From a virus, in the IMG/VR virus record IMGVR_UViG_3300023223_001361, positions 90,113 to 154,112 of that record: a stretch of 64,000 nucleotides of DNA; one strand, 5' to 3'. This document shows positions 17,513 to 27,399 of this stretch, piece by piece. A program made the translations under genes and the position numbers. Below the pieces are notes generated by a model. That model was given only the letters and a program-made list of their open reading frames with translations, was not told where the DNA came from and did no database searches. Each line of letters opens with the position of its first letter. Within the stretch, counting starts at the first letter, position 1.

Positions 17513-18495
17513 AGAAAAAGTTTCTTCTCTTTACGGCAATCACATTTGCCATAATTACTATTGCTATTTCTTGTGGTGGAGGCGGCGAAGGAACTGATGG
17601 TTTTGATATGGGTTTATCACCAGAACCACCTAATCCAGAAGTAGAAACAATTGAACCGGCAGCAATTCATCCAAAGGTGGGATTTTCTGCCTTTGCTATT
17701 CAAAGTGCAACTTGGGATTGTGAAGGTTTTCTTGCTGCAATCGATAGAATCGAGGAATGGCACATAGCTATGCTTTGGAGAACTTTCGGAACAAATAACT
17801 CTTGTCTCGATCAAGTTCTTGCATCACCTAAACTCAAATCCATAGAAATTCATCTAGTTAACGAAGCTTGTCACCGTAGACCACCTGGAACACCTGGAGC
17901 TTGTAACTCACATGAGTTCCTTGGTAATATTTCGCCTGGTGATTGGGAGTGGAGATTGAAGCAAAACGATCCCAATATAATCAATGAGTTTCAAGATTAT
18001 GCTTTTGAAGTAGCCGGTTATCTTGACGAACATTTAAGAAATGGAGCTGAGTGTTTTATCAGCCCTGGGTTAGAAAGTAATCTTGATGATTCAACTGCTA
18101 TTCGAAATCTAATTGAAGCAACTCGTATGGTATTTCCCAATTGTAAGATTGTTTGGAATGCTTTAGGGAGTATAGATATAGAAAATGCAGACTATAGGGA
18201 ATCTCATGGAGAAGCCGGACCAATTCCTTCACCATGTATTAAAAATCTTGACGGTCAAGATATAGATTTTATTGAACGACCATCTTTAAATCAAAATAGT
18301 ATAAGTGATATTAATGGTTATTTCGAAAGAACAAGAAATTGCGAATTTTCATTACTTTGGACTGTAGAAAGTAATTGTCAACCACCTCAAGGAGGAATCT
18401 CCATAAACCCGAAAGATAGAGATTGTTCGGATAAACGAATGATTTATGACTTGCAAGCTGATTATATTGTCGATTGGCAGCATGCTAACCGATAA
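17500..18495 (+). CDS. large Cys-rich lipoprotein of unknown function
   Basis: signal peptide with IAISC lipobox, Gly/Pro linker, ~280-aa globular domain. Confidence 0.7.
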   Translation: MYTMKKKFLLFTAITFAIITIAISCGGGGEGTDGFDMGLSPEPPNPEVETIEPAAIHPKVGFSAFAIQSATWDCEGFLAAIDRIEEWHIAMLWRTFGTNNSCLDQVLASPKLKSIEIHLVNEACHRRPPGTPGACNSHEFLGNISPGDWEWRLKQNDPNIINEFQDYAFEVAGYLDEHLRNGAECFISPGLESNLDDSTAIRNLIEATRMVFPNCKIVWNALGSIDIENADYRESHGEAGPIPSPCIKNLDGQDIDFIERPSLNQNSISDINGYFERTRNCEFSLLWTVESNCQPPQGGISINPKDRDCSDKRMIYDLQADYIVDWQHANR

Positions 18496-18503
18496 ATATA
18501 TGC

Positions 18504-19178
18504 ATGAAAAAGTTCCAAGAATTCATTTCCTTAGATGAAGGTGTTAATGATCCAGGTATATTCAAAGCAATATTTCTTGCTGGTGGACCTGGATCTGGTA
18601 AATCCTTTGTAACATCTAAGGCGTTGCCAAATGCTGCTTTAGGTTTGAGAATCATTAACTCTGACCAAGCTTTAGAATTCCTTTTAAAGAAAACCGGCTT
18701 ATCTAGCGATATGCTCAAGATGACGCCTAATGAATTAGAAAAATTTTCAGAAACAAGAAGAAAAGCAAAGATATTAGTTGCGAAACAAAGATCAAATCTT
18801 ATTCGAGGGAGAATTGGTTTAATCCTTGATGGTACTGGTAGAGATTTTAAAAGAATCCAGGCTGAAAGAGATGACTTAAAAGGTTGGGGATATGATACGT
18901 TTATGGTTTTCGTAAACACTTCTCTTGATGTGGCTTTAGAAAGAAACAGACAAAGAGCAAGAAAGGTTGATGAAAAGGTTGTGAGGAAATCTTGGCAAGA
19001 TGTTCAGAAAAATCTTGGTCAGTTTCAAAATTTGTTTGGTCAAAGAAATTTCATTATTGTTGATAATAACAATGTAGATGAGGATGTCTTAAATAAGACA
19101 TTTAAACAAGCTCGTAAATTTGTAAAACGCCCGGTAGATAATCCATTTGCAAAAAAGTGGATTGCATCACAAAAATAA
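18504..19178 (+). CDS. P-loop kinase (zeta-toxin/AAA_33-like) with capsid-targeting-like leader
   Basis: GGPGSGKS Walker A, INSD, LILDGTG, ERNRQRAR lid; MKKFQEFISLDE N-terminus. Confidence 0.8.
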   Translation: MKKFQEFISLDEGVNDPGIFKAIFLAGGPGSGKSFVTSKALPNAALGLRIINSDQALEFLLKKTGLSSDMLKMTPNELEKFSETRRKAKILVAKQRSNLIRGRIGLILDGTGRDFKRIQAERDDLKGWGYDTFMVFVNTSLDVALERNRQRARKVDEKVVRKSWQDVQKNLGQFQNLFGQRNFIIVDNNNVDEDVLNKTFKQARKFVKRPVDNPFAKKWIASQK

Positions 19179-19295
19179 TTTCGGACTACTACATTTTTTC
19201 TTGACTTTAGACTTAAAAAATTATAAATTATAGTAGGGAACAATTTCTTTGTTTCTTTTTCTTTTGAATAGTATGTTTACAGGAGCCCATTATCG

Positions 19296-21215
19296 ATGTG
19301 TGAATTTCTTCCAAGTCAATATCAGCAATTTATCCATCTTAGCAGATATTCACGTTGGCTAAATGATAAAAAAAGGAGAGAAACTTGGAAAGAAACCGTG
19401 AAAAGATACTTTGATTTCTTCGAAAAACATCTATTAGAAGAAACTGATTATATTCTCAAACCAAGAGAAAGAGAAGAATTAGAAAGAGCAATTCTTCAAT
19501 TAGATGTGATGCCTTCAATGAGAGCTTTAATGACTGCTGGTGAAGCTCTGAAAAAAGAAAATATTTCTGGTTATAATTGTGCATATATCGCCATTGATTC
19601 CCAAAGAGCATTTGATGAGATTCTTTACATTTTGATGAATGGAACGGGTGTTGGCTTTTCTGTAGAGAGACAGTATGTTTCAAACCTTCCTATGGTTGCT
19701 GATGAAATGTATGATACCGAAACCACAATAGTTATCGCAGATAGTAAACTTGGTTGGGCAAAAGCATTTAAGGAACTTATCAGTTTATTGTACACAGGTC
19801 AAATACCTCAATTCGATTTTAGCAAAGTTAGACCTGCTGGGACACCATTAAAAACTTTTGGGGGAAGAGCGAGTGGACCAGAACCCCTTAAAGAACTTTT
19901 TGAATTTTGTATTTCAACTTTCCGTTCGTCCTCTGGAAGAAAACTACAATCTATTGAATGTCACGATATTGTATGTAAGGTAGCTGAAATTGTCGTTGTT
20001 GGCGGTGTTCGACGATCAGCGCTTCTTTCTTTATCAAATGTATCTGATGATAGAATGCGTTCCGCTAAAACTGGACAATTTGGTGTAACTGATCCCCAAA
20101 GATATCTTGCTAATAACTCTGCTTGCTATACAGAAAGACCGGACGTTGGGGTGTTTATGGATGAATGGAAATCTCTCTATGATTCTAAATCGGGGGAACG
20201 AGGATTTTTCAGTAGAATAGCTGCTATGACAAAAGCAGAAGAGATAGGAAGAAGAGAACCTTCGGACTTTGGGACTAATCCTTGCTCGGAGATTATTTTA
20301 CGCTCAAGACAATTTTGTAATCTCACCGAAAGTATTATTCGTTCTGATGATACTATAGAAATCCTCAAAGAAAAAGTTAGAATCGCGACTATACTAGGAA
20401 CTTTTCAATCCACATTAACCAATTTCAAATATCTTACAAAGAAGTGGAGAGAGAACTGTGACGAAGAAAGACTTCTTGGTGTTTCCTTGAGTGGTATCAT
20501 GGACAATAAAATCATGAGTATTAATAACCAAACCCTAAAAGAAGTTTTAAAAGAACTGAGAATTGTTGCAATAGAAACAAATAAGGTTTGGTCTAAGAAA
20601 CTAAAAATTAATCCTTCTGTTTCTATTACTTGTGTGAAACCATCGGGAACGGTTTCTCAATTAGTAGATTGTGCATCTGGAATTCATGATCGTTTTGCCC
20701 ATTACTATTTGAGAACAGTTCGAGCCGATATAAAAGATCCACTTTGTCAAATGATGATGGATATGGGATTTCCTTATGAACCTGATGTTACTAAACCAGA
20801 AACAACTATGGTATTTTCTTTTCCTATTAAAGCGCCCAAAAAATCAGTATTCAGAAATGAAAGAAGTGCTATCGAACAATTAGAACTTTGGAAAATATAT
20901 CAGGATTACTGGTGCGAACATAAACCAAGTATAACAGTTTATATTAAAGAAGATGAATGGCTTGAAGTTGCTGCCTGGGTTTGGAAAAATTTTAATTCAG
21001 TATCAGGTGTTTCGTTTCTCCCACATAGTGATCACATATATAAGCAAGCCCCATACCAAGATCTAACAAGAGAAGAATATGAGAAATGGATCAAAAAAAT
21101 GCCCAAAGAAGTTGACTGGTCCGTATTGAAAGATTATGAAGAAAAAGATCACACAGTTGGCGCACAAACTTATTCTTGTACGGGTACCAATTGTGAAATA
21201 GTAGACCTAGTATAA
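19296..21215 (+). CDS. nrdJ: class II (B12-dependent) ribonucleotide reductase, monomeric RTPR type
   Basis: YNC, TNPCSEI and CVKPSGT motifs, C-terminal CxxxxC; no small subunit adjacent. Confidence 0.9.
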   Translation: MCEFLPSQYQQFIHLSRYSRWLNDKKRRETWKETVKRYFDFFEKHLLEETDYILKPREREELERAILQLDVMPSMRALMTAGEALKKENISGYNCAYIAIDSQRAFDEILYILMNGTGVGFSVERQYVSNLPMVADEMYDTETTIVIADSKLGWAKAFKELISLLYTGQIPQFDFSKVRPAGTPLKTFGGRASGPEPLKELFEFCISTFRSSSGRKLQSIECHDIVCKVAEIVVVGGVRRSALLSLSNVSDDRMRSAKTGQFGVTDPQRYLANNSACYTERPDVGVFMDEWKSLYDSKSGERGFFSRIAAMTKAEEIGRREPSDFGTNPCSEIILRSRQFCNLTESIIRSDDTIEILKEKVRIATILGTFQSTLTNFKYLTKKWRENCDEERLLGVSLSGIMDNKIMSINNQTLKEVLKELRIVAIETNKVWSKKLKINPSVSITCVKPSGTVSQLVDCASGIHDRFAHYYLRTVRADIKDPLCQMMMDMGFPYEPDVTKPETTMVFSFPIKAPKKSVFRNERSAIEQLELWKIYQDYWCEHKPSITVYIKEDEWLEVAAWVWKNFNSVSGVSFLPHSDHIYKQAPYQDLTREEYEKWIKKMPKEVDWSVLKDYEEKDHTVGAQTYSCTGTNCEIVDLV

Positions 21216-21218
21216 CAT

Positions 21219-21389
21219 ATGAATGATCCGAAAAAATTACAATGTGATGCATGCACCAACGAATGTAATATAGAGAACCTAAGTAAAGAAGCAATATCTT
21301 TTTGTCCGTTTTGCGGAGAAGAAACTTTTATTCTTGAAGAAGTTCCTCTATTAACTACATTTGATGATTATGATAAAGAAAACAACTAG
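21219..21389 (+). CDS. small zinc-ribbon protein (56 aa, not in ORF track)
   Basis: QCDAC...FCPFCGEE. Confidence 0.7.
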   Translation: MNDPKKLQCDACTNECNIENLSKEAISFCPFCGEETFILEEVPLLTTFDDYDKENN

Positions 21390-21942
21390 ACCATTTTATG
21401 TTGGCATCGATTACTCGATGACTTCTCCTGCCATTTGTGTTTGTTACTCAGAAATATTTAATTTTGATCAATGTAAATTCTTTTTCTTAACAAAAGAAAA
21501 ATCCAAATTAAAGAATGAAGTACAGTTTTTTTCTCCTGATTTGTTGAATGATGATTTTTCTTCTAATGAAGAAAGATTCCTTAGAATAGCATGTTGGGCT
21601 ACGACCTGTATTGTACCTCCATCAATACCTAAAGTGTTTATTGAGGGATATGCTTATGCTGCTAAAGGTCGAGTATTCAATATTGGAGAGAATACGGGAG
21701 TTCTAAAAAGTAGATTATATCAAGCGAATCTTAGATATGAGGTATTAGCTCCGGGTTCAGTAAAGAAATTTGCTACAGATAAAGGAAATGCTAAGAAACC
21801 AGAAATGCTTGAAGCTTTCCTTAAAGACACAGGATTTGATTTAGAGCAATATTTCGATGTTGCGAAGAGAAAGAATAAATCCCCTGCTTCTGACATTGCC
21901 GATTCTTACTTCATTTGCAAGCTTGGAGCATCACAGAGCTAA
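21361..21942 (+). CDS. RuvC-like Holliday junction resolvase / RNase H-fold nuclease
   Basis: GIDYS, FIEGY, GNAKK and DIADS catalytic pattern. Confidence 0.8.
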   Translation: MMIMIKKTTRPFYVGIDYSMTSPAICVCYSEIFNFDQCKFFFLTKEKSKLKNEVQFFSPDLLNDDFSSNEERFLRIACWATTCIVPPSIPKVFIEGYAYAAKGRVFNIGENTGVLKSRLYQANLRYEVLAPGSVKKFATDKGNAKKPEMLEAFLKDTGFDLEQYFDVAKRKNKSPASDIADSYFICKLGASQS

Positions 21943-22112
21943 AATTCCATTTTTATTTCCTAGTTTTTTCAACCACTTATAACCCACTAATTTAACGAAA
22001 ATAGCTATTTCTGACTTTATGTGTATCAGTCTATATGATACTATATGTTTCATTAAATTGAGTAGTTAAGAGGATAGGATCATTAGGCATTTCATAAATC
22101 TGAAAATAGTTC

Positions 22113-22141
22113 TTGACATATCTTTTAAAAATCATTATAAT
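22113..22141 (+). promoter_or_regulatory. sigma70-type promoter
   Basis: perfect TTGACA-N17-TATAAT. Confidence 0.75.
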
Positions 22142-22308
22142 AAGGGTGTCCCGTTTTAAGGTTTTATTAGATTATAGGCTGTTAAAAGTTTTCATATTCT
22201 TTGGATCCCTTGGCTAACTCTTTGTATTCTTTCCTTTTTACCTTTCCATTCATATCCTAAATATAAACGTAAATAATCGTTTTATTCCAACTGAAGGATC
22301 AAGAATTC

Positions 22309-22656
22309 GTGACCGTATTACGAGGCACAGTACCAGTTAATGTACCAAATGAAGTATTGGTGACAAGTGTTCTTAACAGTTTAGGGTTTGATACAGTAGG
22401 TACTATTGCTACTTTTACAAACTCTTCTGGTGGCAAAAAAAGAATTCATAACATCATTGCTTCGGGAACTGGGTATGCTCTTTATACTGTAGTTTTAAAT
22501 ACAGTTATTATAGCAAGCCTACGAACAGGACCATCTAGAAATGTTGACTTTTTCCTAAATATTGATATTAATGATGGGGATATTATTGATATCAAAGCCC
22601 ATCATTTTACAGATGGCGATACGCAAAATTATGAAGCGACGATTTTTGGATTTTAA
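22309..22656 (+). CDS. putative virion structural protein (small beta-sandwich)
   Basis: beta-rich; NDGDIIDIK C-terminal motif shared with neighbours. Confidence 0.55.
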   Translation: MTVLRGTVPVNVPNEVLVTSVLNSLGFDTVGTIATFTNSSGGKKRIHNIIASGTGYALYTVVLNTVIIASLRTGPSRNVDFFLNIDINDGDIIDIKAHHFTDGDTQNYEATIFGF

Positions 22657-22669
22657 ATAAAGGAAACAT

Positions 22670-22912
22670 ATGGCAGATCTACCAGCACATAGAGGATGGG
22701 AAGGCATGGATATGCCTGAAGATGTCTCTAAGATGTATATCGATGTTAAGATCCAGGAAATAAGAAGTAGAATTTCTCGAATCTCCCAAGATATTGAAGA
22801 TCTTGAAAGGGGAAAGATCACAGAACTCAAAGCTAATAAACGTATGCTTGAAATTTCATTAGATGAATGGGAAGGAAAAAGAGATGCTATTGTAGTAGAA
22901 TCTAAGAAATAG
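22670..22912 (+). CDS. coiled-coil hypothetical protein
   Basis: AAGGA RBS; heptad pattern. Confidence 0.65.
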   Translation: MADLPAHRGWEGMDMPEDVSKMYIDVKIQEIRSRISRISQDIEDLERGKITELKANKRMLEISLDEWEGKRDAIVVESKK

Positions 22913-22923
22913 GTTTCAAGTTT

Positions 22924-22931
22924 TATAAATA
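22924..22931 (+). promoter_or_regulatory. T4-type late promoter
   Basis: TATAAATA upstream of the structural block. Confidence 0.7.
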
Positions 22932-22968
22932 TAATTGATAATTCATCATTTTTAAGGAGAGTTAATAC

Positions 22969-23547
22969 ATGGCAGATGGACATTTTCCTACTTTAATTTC
23001 TAAGGATATAAGTGCTAACTTAATAGGAAATCCAATTTTTGTTCAGATTTCCGATGGAGTTGAGATTGCTCAAATTGATCCTGCCGGCAATCTAGCAATT
23101 GATATTTCAGTTCAAACTCTCGAAGCTGTTGCTGTCAGTAAAAATCAACTTACCAATACTGAGCTTAATCCAATTTTCGTTGAGATTGTTGAATCTTCTC
23201 TTTCAACAATTGAAGTTCATGATTACGATACTGCCGTTTCTGTTGTTGGCGATGGTTCTAGTGATCATGATTATACAGTAGTGGGTACAACCTTTTTGCT
23301 ACAAAAAATTGTTATGTCTTCATCTGGAGCTGCTAAGTTTGAAGTTCAAACTGGACCTATTGCATCATTAGTAACTGTAGCTGTTGTTTTTATTCCAAAG
23401 CGTGGTGGTACAGAATGTTTAGATATTACAAAGGTGCCTCGTGAAGTTCCCGATACTTTAACTGGAACAGTTCGTGTTATAAGAACAAATCGTGAAGGTT
23501 CTTCTCAAGATATTTATACTACGATTATTGGGAATGATATTCCATAA
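22969..23547 (+). CDS. putative virion structural protein
   Basis: after a late promoter; V/T/S/I-rich. Confidence 0.65.
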   Translation: MADGHFPTLISKDISANLIGNPIFVQISDGVEIAQIDPAGNLAIDISVQTLEAVAVSKNQLTNTELNPIFVEIVESSLSTIEVHDYDTAVSVVGDGSSDHDYTVVGTTFLLQKIVMSSSGAAKFEVQTGPIASLVTVAVVFIPKRGGTECLDITKVPREVPDTLTGTVRVIRTNREGSSQDIYTTIIGNDIP

Positions 23548-23628
23548 TATTAAGTAACTAAATAATAATGATGATTTTCGGGGTCGGATCGACCCCAATA
23601 TGAATTTTGAAATGATTGGAGTAATACT

Positions 23629-23877
23629 ATGTCTGACCTTAAAACACCTGAACGCCGAGCCACTGAAAAAAAAGTCCATCAACCAGAGCCGGTTGCAGAA
23701 AAATCCAAAACACCATCTCAAGAAGTTCAACCACCGCCTGGTCATTTAACACTTGAACAAGGTAATATTGATATAATAACTGCGAAACTTCTTGAATCTA
23801 TGAATAGGAAATTAATGACTCTCTTGGAAATGCTTGATTCTAGATTACCCAAAAAGGAAGAATCTAAAAAAGAGTAA
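23629..23877 (+). CDS. hypothetical protein
   Basis: GGAG RBS. Confidence 0.6.
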   Translation: MSDLKTPERRATEKKVHQPEPVAEKSKTPSQEVQPPPGHLTLEQGNIDIITAKLLESMNRKLMTLLEMLDSRLPKKEESKKE

Positions 23878-23882
23878 TTAGT

Positions 23883-24236
23883 ATGGCAGATCTTGGTGTT
23901 GAAGAAACTTTATATAGGCAAGAATTTACTGATAGTCTTGATGCTTCGGATTTAACTTTTATAACTTCTTTTGGTCGTGAGGTTAAAATAAGTTTTCTTG
24001 CGGTTCATGTTGATACCACTTATTCAGTTAAAAGAGATTTGAAAGTTTTTTTTGATTCTATTACTGGACCAAATTATGATTTTCTTTTAATATTAGAAGA
24101 TATGAAAAATGCAAGTGATTTTCTTTGGTATCCAGATCAAGAGTTATTTTTGAAAGCCGGTGATGAACTTAGAGTTGTTGTTCCCCAATTAACTGGTGCA
24201 ACTGCATATATAACATCAATAGCGAGGCAAGCATAA
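23883..24236 (+). CDS. putative virion structural protein, paralog of the C-domain of 25432..25989
   Basis: TSF..VKI...H...D..V.F.S..G.N(Y/F)D.LL...GDE pattern shared. Confidence 0.65.
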   Translation: MADLGVEETLYRQEFTDSLDASDLTFITSFGREVKISFLAVHVDTTYSVKRDLKVFFDSITGPNYDFLLILEDMKNASDFLWYPDQELFLKAGDELRVVVPQLTGATAYITSIARQA

Positions 24237-25432
24237 TGACAACTAGAATAAATGGAAAAGAAGTTATTTCATTTAAGACAGATGATGTTTTAACAATTGC
24301 AACAATTTTCGAACATAAACAAATTTATGATAATAATTTATTATATTGGGATAATCAAGAATTAAGTGGATCAGGAACTAATTCTGTTTATAATCAAAAT
24401 GAATCATCAACGATACTTTCTGTATCAGGTAGTGTTGCAGGAACAAGAGTAAGACAAACATTTAGAAGGATGAATTATCAATCTGGTTCAAGAAAATTAT
24501 CATCACAAATTTCTGCTGTATTGGGTAATGGGCAAGCAGGAATTACTAGAAGTTTAGGATTATTTGAAGATAATGATGGTTTATTTTTTAGTCAACAGGA
24601 TTTAAATATATCAGTAGTAATTAGAAGTTCTGTAACTGGTACTCCTGTTGACACAATAATTAATCAAATCGATTGGAATATTGATACATTTGATGGAAAT
24701 GGACCTTCTGGATTGAATTTAGATTTTAGTAAAATTCAGGATTTTTTTATAGAGTTTCGTTGGCTTGGCGCTGGAATAGCTCGTTTTGGATTTATTATTG
24801 ATGGTCAGAAATTTCTTTGTCACGAAGAGCAATTTGCAAATTTAGATAATAGAGTTTTTATAAGAACACCAAATTTACCAATTCGTTTCGAAATAGAAAA
24901 TGATGGCACAGGTGTCGCTAGTGAAATAGAATGCGGAGCTGTCTCTGTATCAAATGAAGGGGTGCCATTAAGTTTTGGTATACAGAGAACTATTTCAACC
25001 GAAGGTGTACATTTAAATGCTAATTCAGCAAATACCATATATACATTATTTGTTATTCGTACACAATTAGCAGCTCCACTAGCAGAGATATTAGTTTCTG
25101 GCGGTTCTTTTATAGCAGAAACAAATGACAATTTTGAAGTGATGTTAATACTGAATCCAACTATTAATGGAATTCTTACTTACAATCCTATTCCAGGTAG
25201 TGGGTTTGAGTTTGCTCTGGGTGATACGACTAATACAATTGTACCAAGTACAGGTATTGTTGAAGCCAGAGGATTTTTTCAATCGGCTGGTTCTGGTCAG
25301 ATTAATTTAACAACTCAAATTAATCCAGGCATTGCCCTTGATGGAACTAGAGATATTTTAGGACTTGCGATACGTCCTCTTTCATCAAATGCTGATTTCC
25401 AAGGAACTCTTACTTTTAAGGAACTTTTATAA
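24236..25432 (+). CDS. virion structural protein (beta-rich, lectin-like)
   Basis: RQTFRRMNYQSG, WLGAGIARFGF and TPNLPIRFEI motifs of a widespread phage structural family. Confidence 0.65.
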   Translation: MTTRINGKEVISFKTDDVLTIATIFEHKQIYDNNLLYWDNQELSGSGTNSVYNQNESSTILSVSGSVAGTRVRQTFRRMNYQSGSRKLSSQISAVLGNGQAGITRSLGLFEDNDGLFFSQQDLNISVVIRSSVTGTPVDTIINQIDWNIDTFDGNGPSGLNLDFSKIQDFFIEFRWLGAGIARFGFIIDGQKFLCHEEQFANLDNRVFIRTPNLPIRFEIENDGTGVASEIECGAVSVSNEGVPLSFGIQRTISTEGVHLNANSANTIYTLFVIRTQLAAPLAEILVSGGSFIAETNDNFEVMLILNPTINGILTYNPIPGSGFEFALGDTTNTIVPSTGIVEARGFFQSAGSGQINLTTQINPGIALDGTRDILGLAIRPLSSNADFQGTLTFKELL

Positions 25433-25989
25433 TGGAATTTTCAATATCATGGGATGAATTAAAACAATTAATTTCTGATAAGAATTTGCCAATTCAATTT
25501 GTCGACAAAGGAAATTTATATACTATTTTTACTCAAGAAGGTTCTGCATTTTATACAACTAGAATCAGAAAAGAAACTCCGAAATCAGTAGATCAACAGG
25601 ATTTTGAAGATAACCATCAATCATCTGCAAATGAAAGAATTTTAATTGATCGATCAAAAATATTAAGACAAACAACCTCACAGGATTTGAGTATCGGACC
25701 CTTAAATTTCACAACATCTTTTATTGAGAATGTCAAAATCAATTCAGTTTTGATGCATTTTTCCGCAGATCCAAAAAATAATGATGTAGAAGTTAGTTTT
25801 GGTTCTAAAGATGGATCAAACTTTGATACTCTTTTACGTTTTGTTAATGTTAATGGTAAATCAGATGTCTTTTTAGATTTTTTTGGAAATTTTCTTTTAG
25901 AAGAAGGGGATGAAATAATAGTTACTTGTAGTAATACAACTCTTCCAAGTTCAACTGTTTTTGTGACCGTTATAGGAGAAAAAGGATAA
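25432..25989 (+). CDS. putative virion structural protein, two domains
   Basis: N-domain W.ELK..DFEDN; C-domain paralogous to 23883..24236. Confidence 0.6.
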   Translation: MEFSISWDELKQLISDKNLPIQFVDKGNLYTIFTQEGSAFYTTRIRKETPKSVDQQDFEDNHQSSANERILIDRSKILRQTTSQDLSIGPLNFTTSFIENVKINSVLMHFSADPKNNDVEVSFGSKDGSNFDTLLRFVNVNGKSDVFLDFFGNFLLEEGDEIIVTCSNTTLPSSTVFVTVIGEKG

Positions 25990-26798
25990 TGGCTGATCTT
26001 TATTTAGATGGCACACTTATTTTCGGAGCTGGTCTTTCTGCCGAAGTTATAGCAGCAGCCGCTTTAAATGATCTTCCAACAGGTTTTATTTCTGGTTTTC
26101 AATTAACATGGATAGATGCTGATACTATTGAAATATCATCGGGTCTTGCTAGAGATTTTTTGGATGTTGCTAATATAATTGATGAATTATCTACTGCACA
26201 AGTTCAATTATCTGTAGATTTGGACACAGGAAGTGAGGCTGCTGATACTTGGTATGCTATTCATGTGATTGGTGATAGTGATGGAGTTAATCCTGTAGAT
26301 TTTCTTTTTTCTTTGAGTGAAGATAATCCAACTTTGCCTGTTGGATATGATTCGTTCCGAAGAATTGGTTGGGTTAGGAATGATCCTAGTTCAGATATTC
26401 TTTCCTTTGAAGAAATTGGCACTGATAAGGATCGAACAGTTTGGTGGAACCAAGAAAATACACTTACTAGAATTTTAACAAATGGTTCTGATTTGACATT
26501 TACCGAGATCGATGCGAGTAATTATGCTCCTCCAACATCAAATGAAATTATAGGTCTTTGTTCCTTTTTAACCGGCTCTGGTGGTGGCTCTCAAATGGAT
26601 AATAAATTACATATTAGAGGAAAATTATCTACTATTACAGATTCATTAACTCTTCTGAACGTTGGGTCTAAAATAACAGATTTTATGAATGATCATTTGG
26701 TAATTCGTATTAATGGAAATCAATTATTTGAATATAGAGTTGATTCTGCTCAAAACCAAGCTACGATTGCCGTTGCTGCTTATTTGGATGATTTATAA
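25989..26798 (+). CDS. tail fibre-associated protein
   Basis: LDTGSEAADTWY, LP.GYD.FRRIG.VRND pattern seen in tail-fibre proteins. Confidence 0.6.
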   Translation: MADLYLDGTLIFGAGLSAEVIAAAALNDLPTGFISGFQLTWIDADTIEISSGLARDFLDVANIIDELSTAQVQLSVDLDTGSEAADTWYAIHVIGDSDGVNPVDFLFSLSEDNPTLPVGYDSFRRIGWVRNDPSSDILSFEEIGTDKDRTVWWNQENTLTRILTNGSDLTFTEIDASNYAPPTSNEIIGLCSFLTGSGGGSQMDNKLHIRGKLSTITDSLTLLNVGSKITDFMNDHLVIRINGNQLFEYRVDSAQNQATIAVAAYLDDL

Positions 26799-27397
26799 TG
26801 GCAACTCATAACGGTATAATTGAAGATGCAACTGGAGATTTATTACGAGCTGGTTATGTAAGTTTTGTTCCTGGAGTTGGAGAAAGTTTACGTACAGATG
26901 TCCCAATTCCAGCAAAACTAAAAGACAATCTTGATTTTGATAAATTTCATCGTTGGAATGGATCTTCTTGGATTGAGATAGATAATAACCCAGAAATTGT
27001 TTTGGATCCAGGAAGTGAGGGTAGAGGAATTGTCATGGCTTTAACTGGAAATGTTGCTGGTGGACAATCCCAACCTTATATTCAAGTGAAATCTAATGAC
27101 TATGTAGTAGCTTCAAGATTTATATTTGCAGGAACAGATTTAGTAGGTAAACCTGCAAAATTAACAATTTTATACTTGGTGGAAGATTCTCTACAAACTG
27201 GAAGTATTAGATTATATGATTTAACTAATGGAAATATTATAGCTGAAAAAACAGGTATAGATGATGAAGATTTTACAATTTTAGATATGGGATTACTTTC
27301 AAGTTTACCACAAGGAAATTCAGTATTGGAAATTCAAGCTAAGACAATTAGTAATGGTCATTATATAAGAGTATCCAGTTTAACAATGGAATTTTAA
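26798..27397 (+). CDS. putative structural protein
   Basis: RWNGSSWI repeat-type motif; C-terminal IRLYDLTN...LEIQAK domain. Confidence 0.55.
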   Translation: MATHNGIIEDATGDLLRAGYVSFVPGVGESLRTDVPIPAKLKDNLDFDKFHRWNGSSWIEIDNNPEIVLDPGSEGRGIVMALTGNVAGGQSQPYIQVKSNDYVVASRFIFAGTDLVGKPAKLTILYLVEDSLQTGSIRLYDLTNGNIIAEKTGIDDEDFTILDMGLLSSLPQGNSVLEIQAKTISNGHYIRVSSLTMEF

Positions 27398-27399
27398 AA

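Noticed and set aside
15227-21215. Introns or inteins in primase, thyX or nrdJ
   Set aside because: All are uninterrupted and of normal length with no intein or intron signatures.
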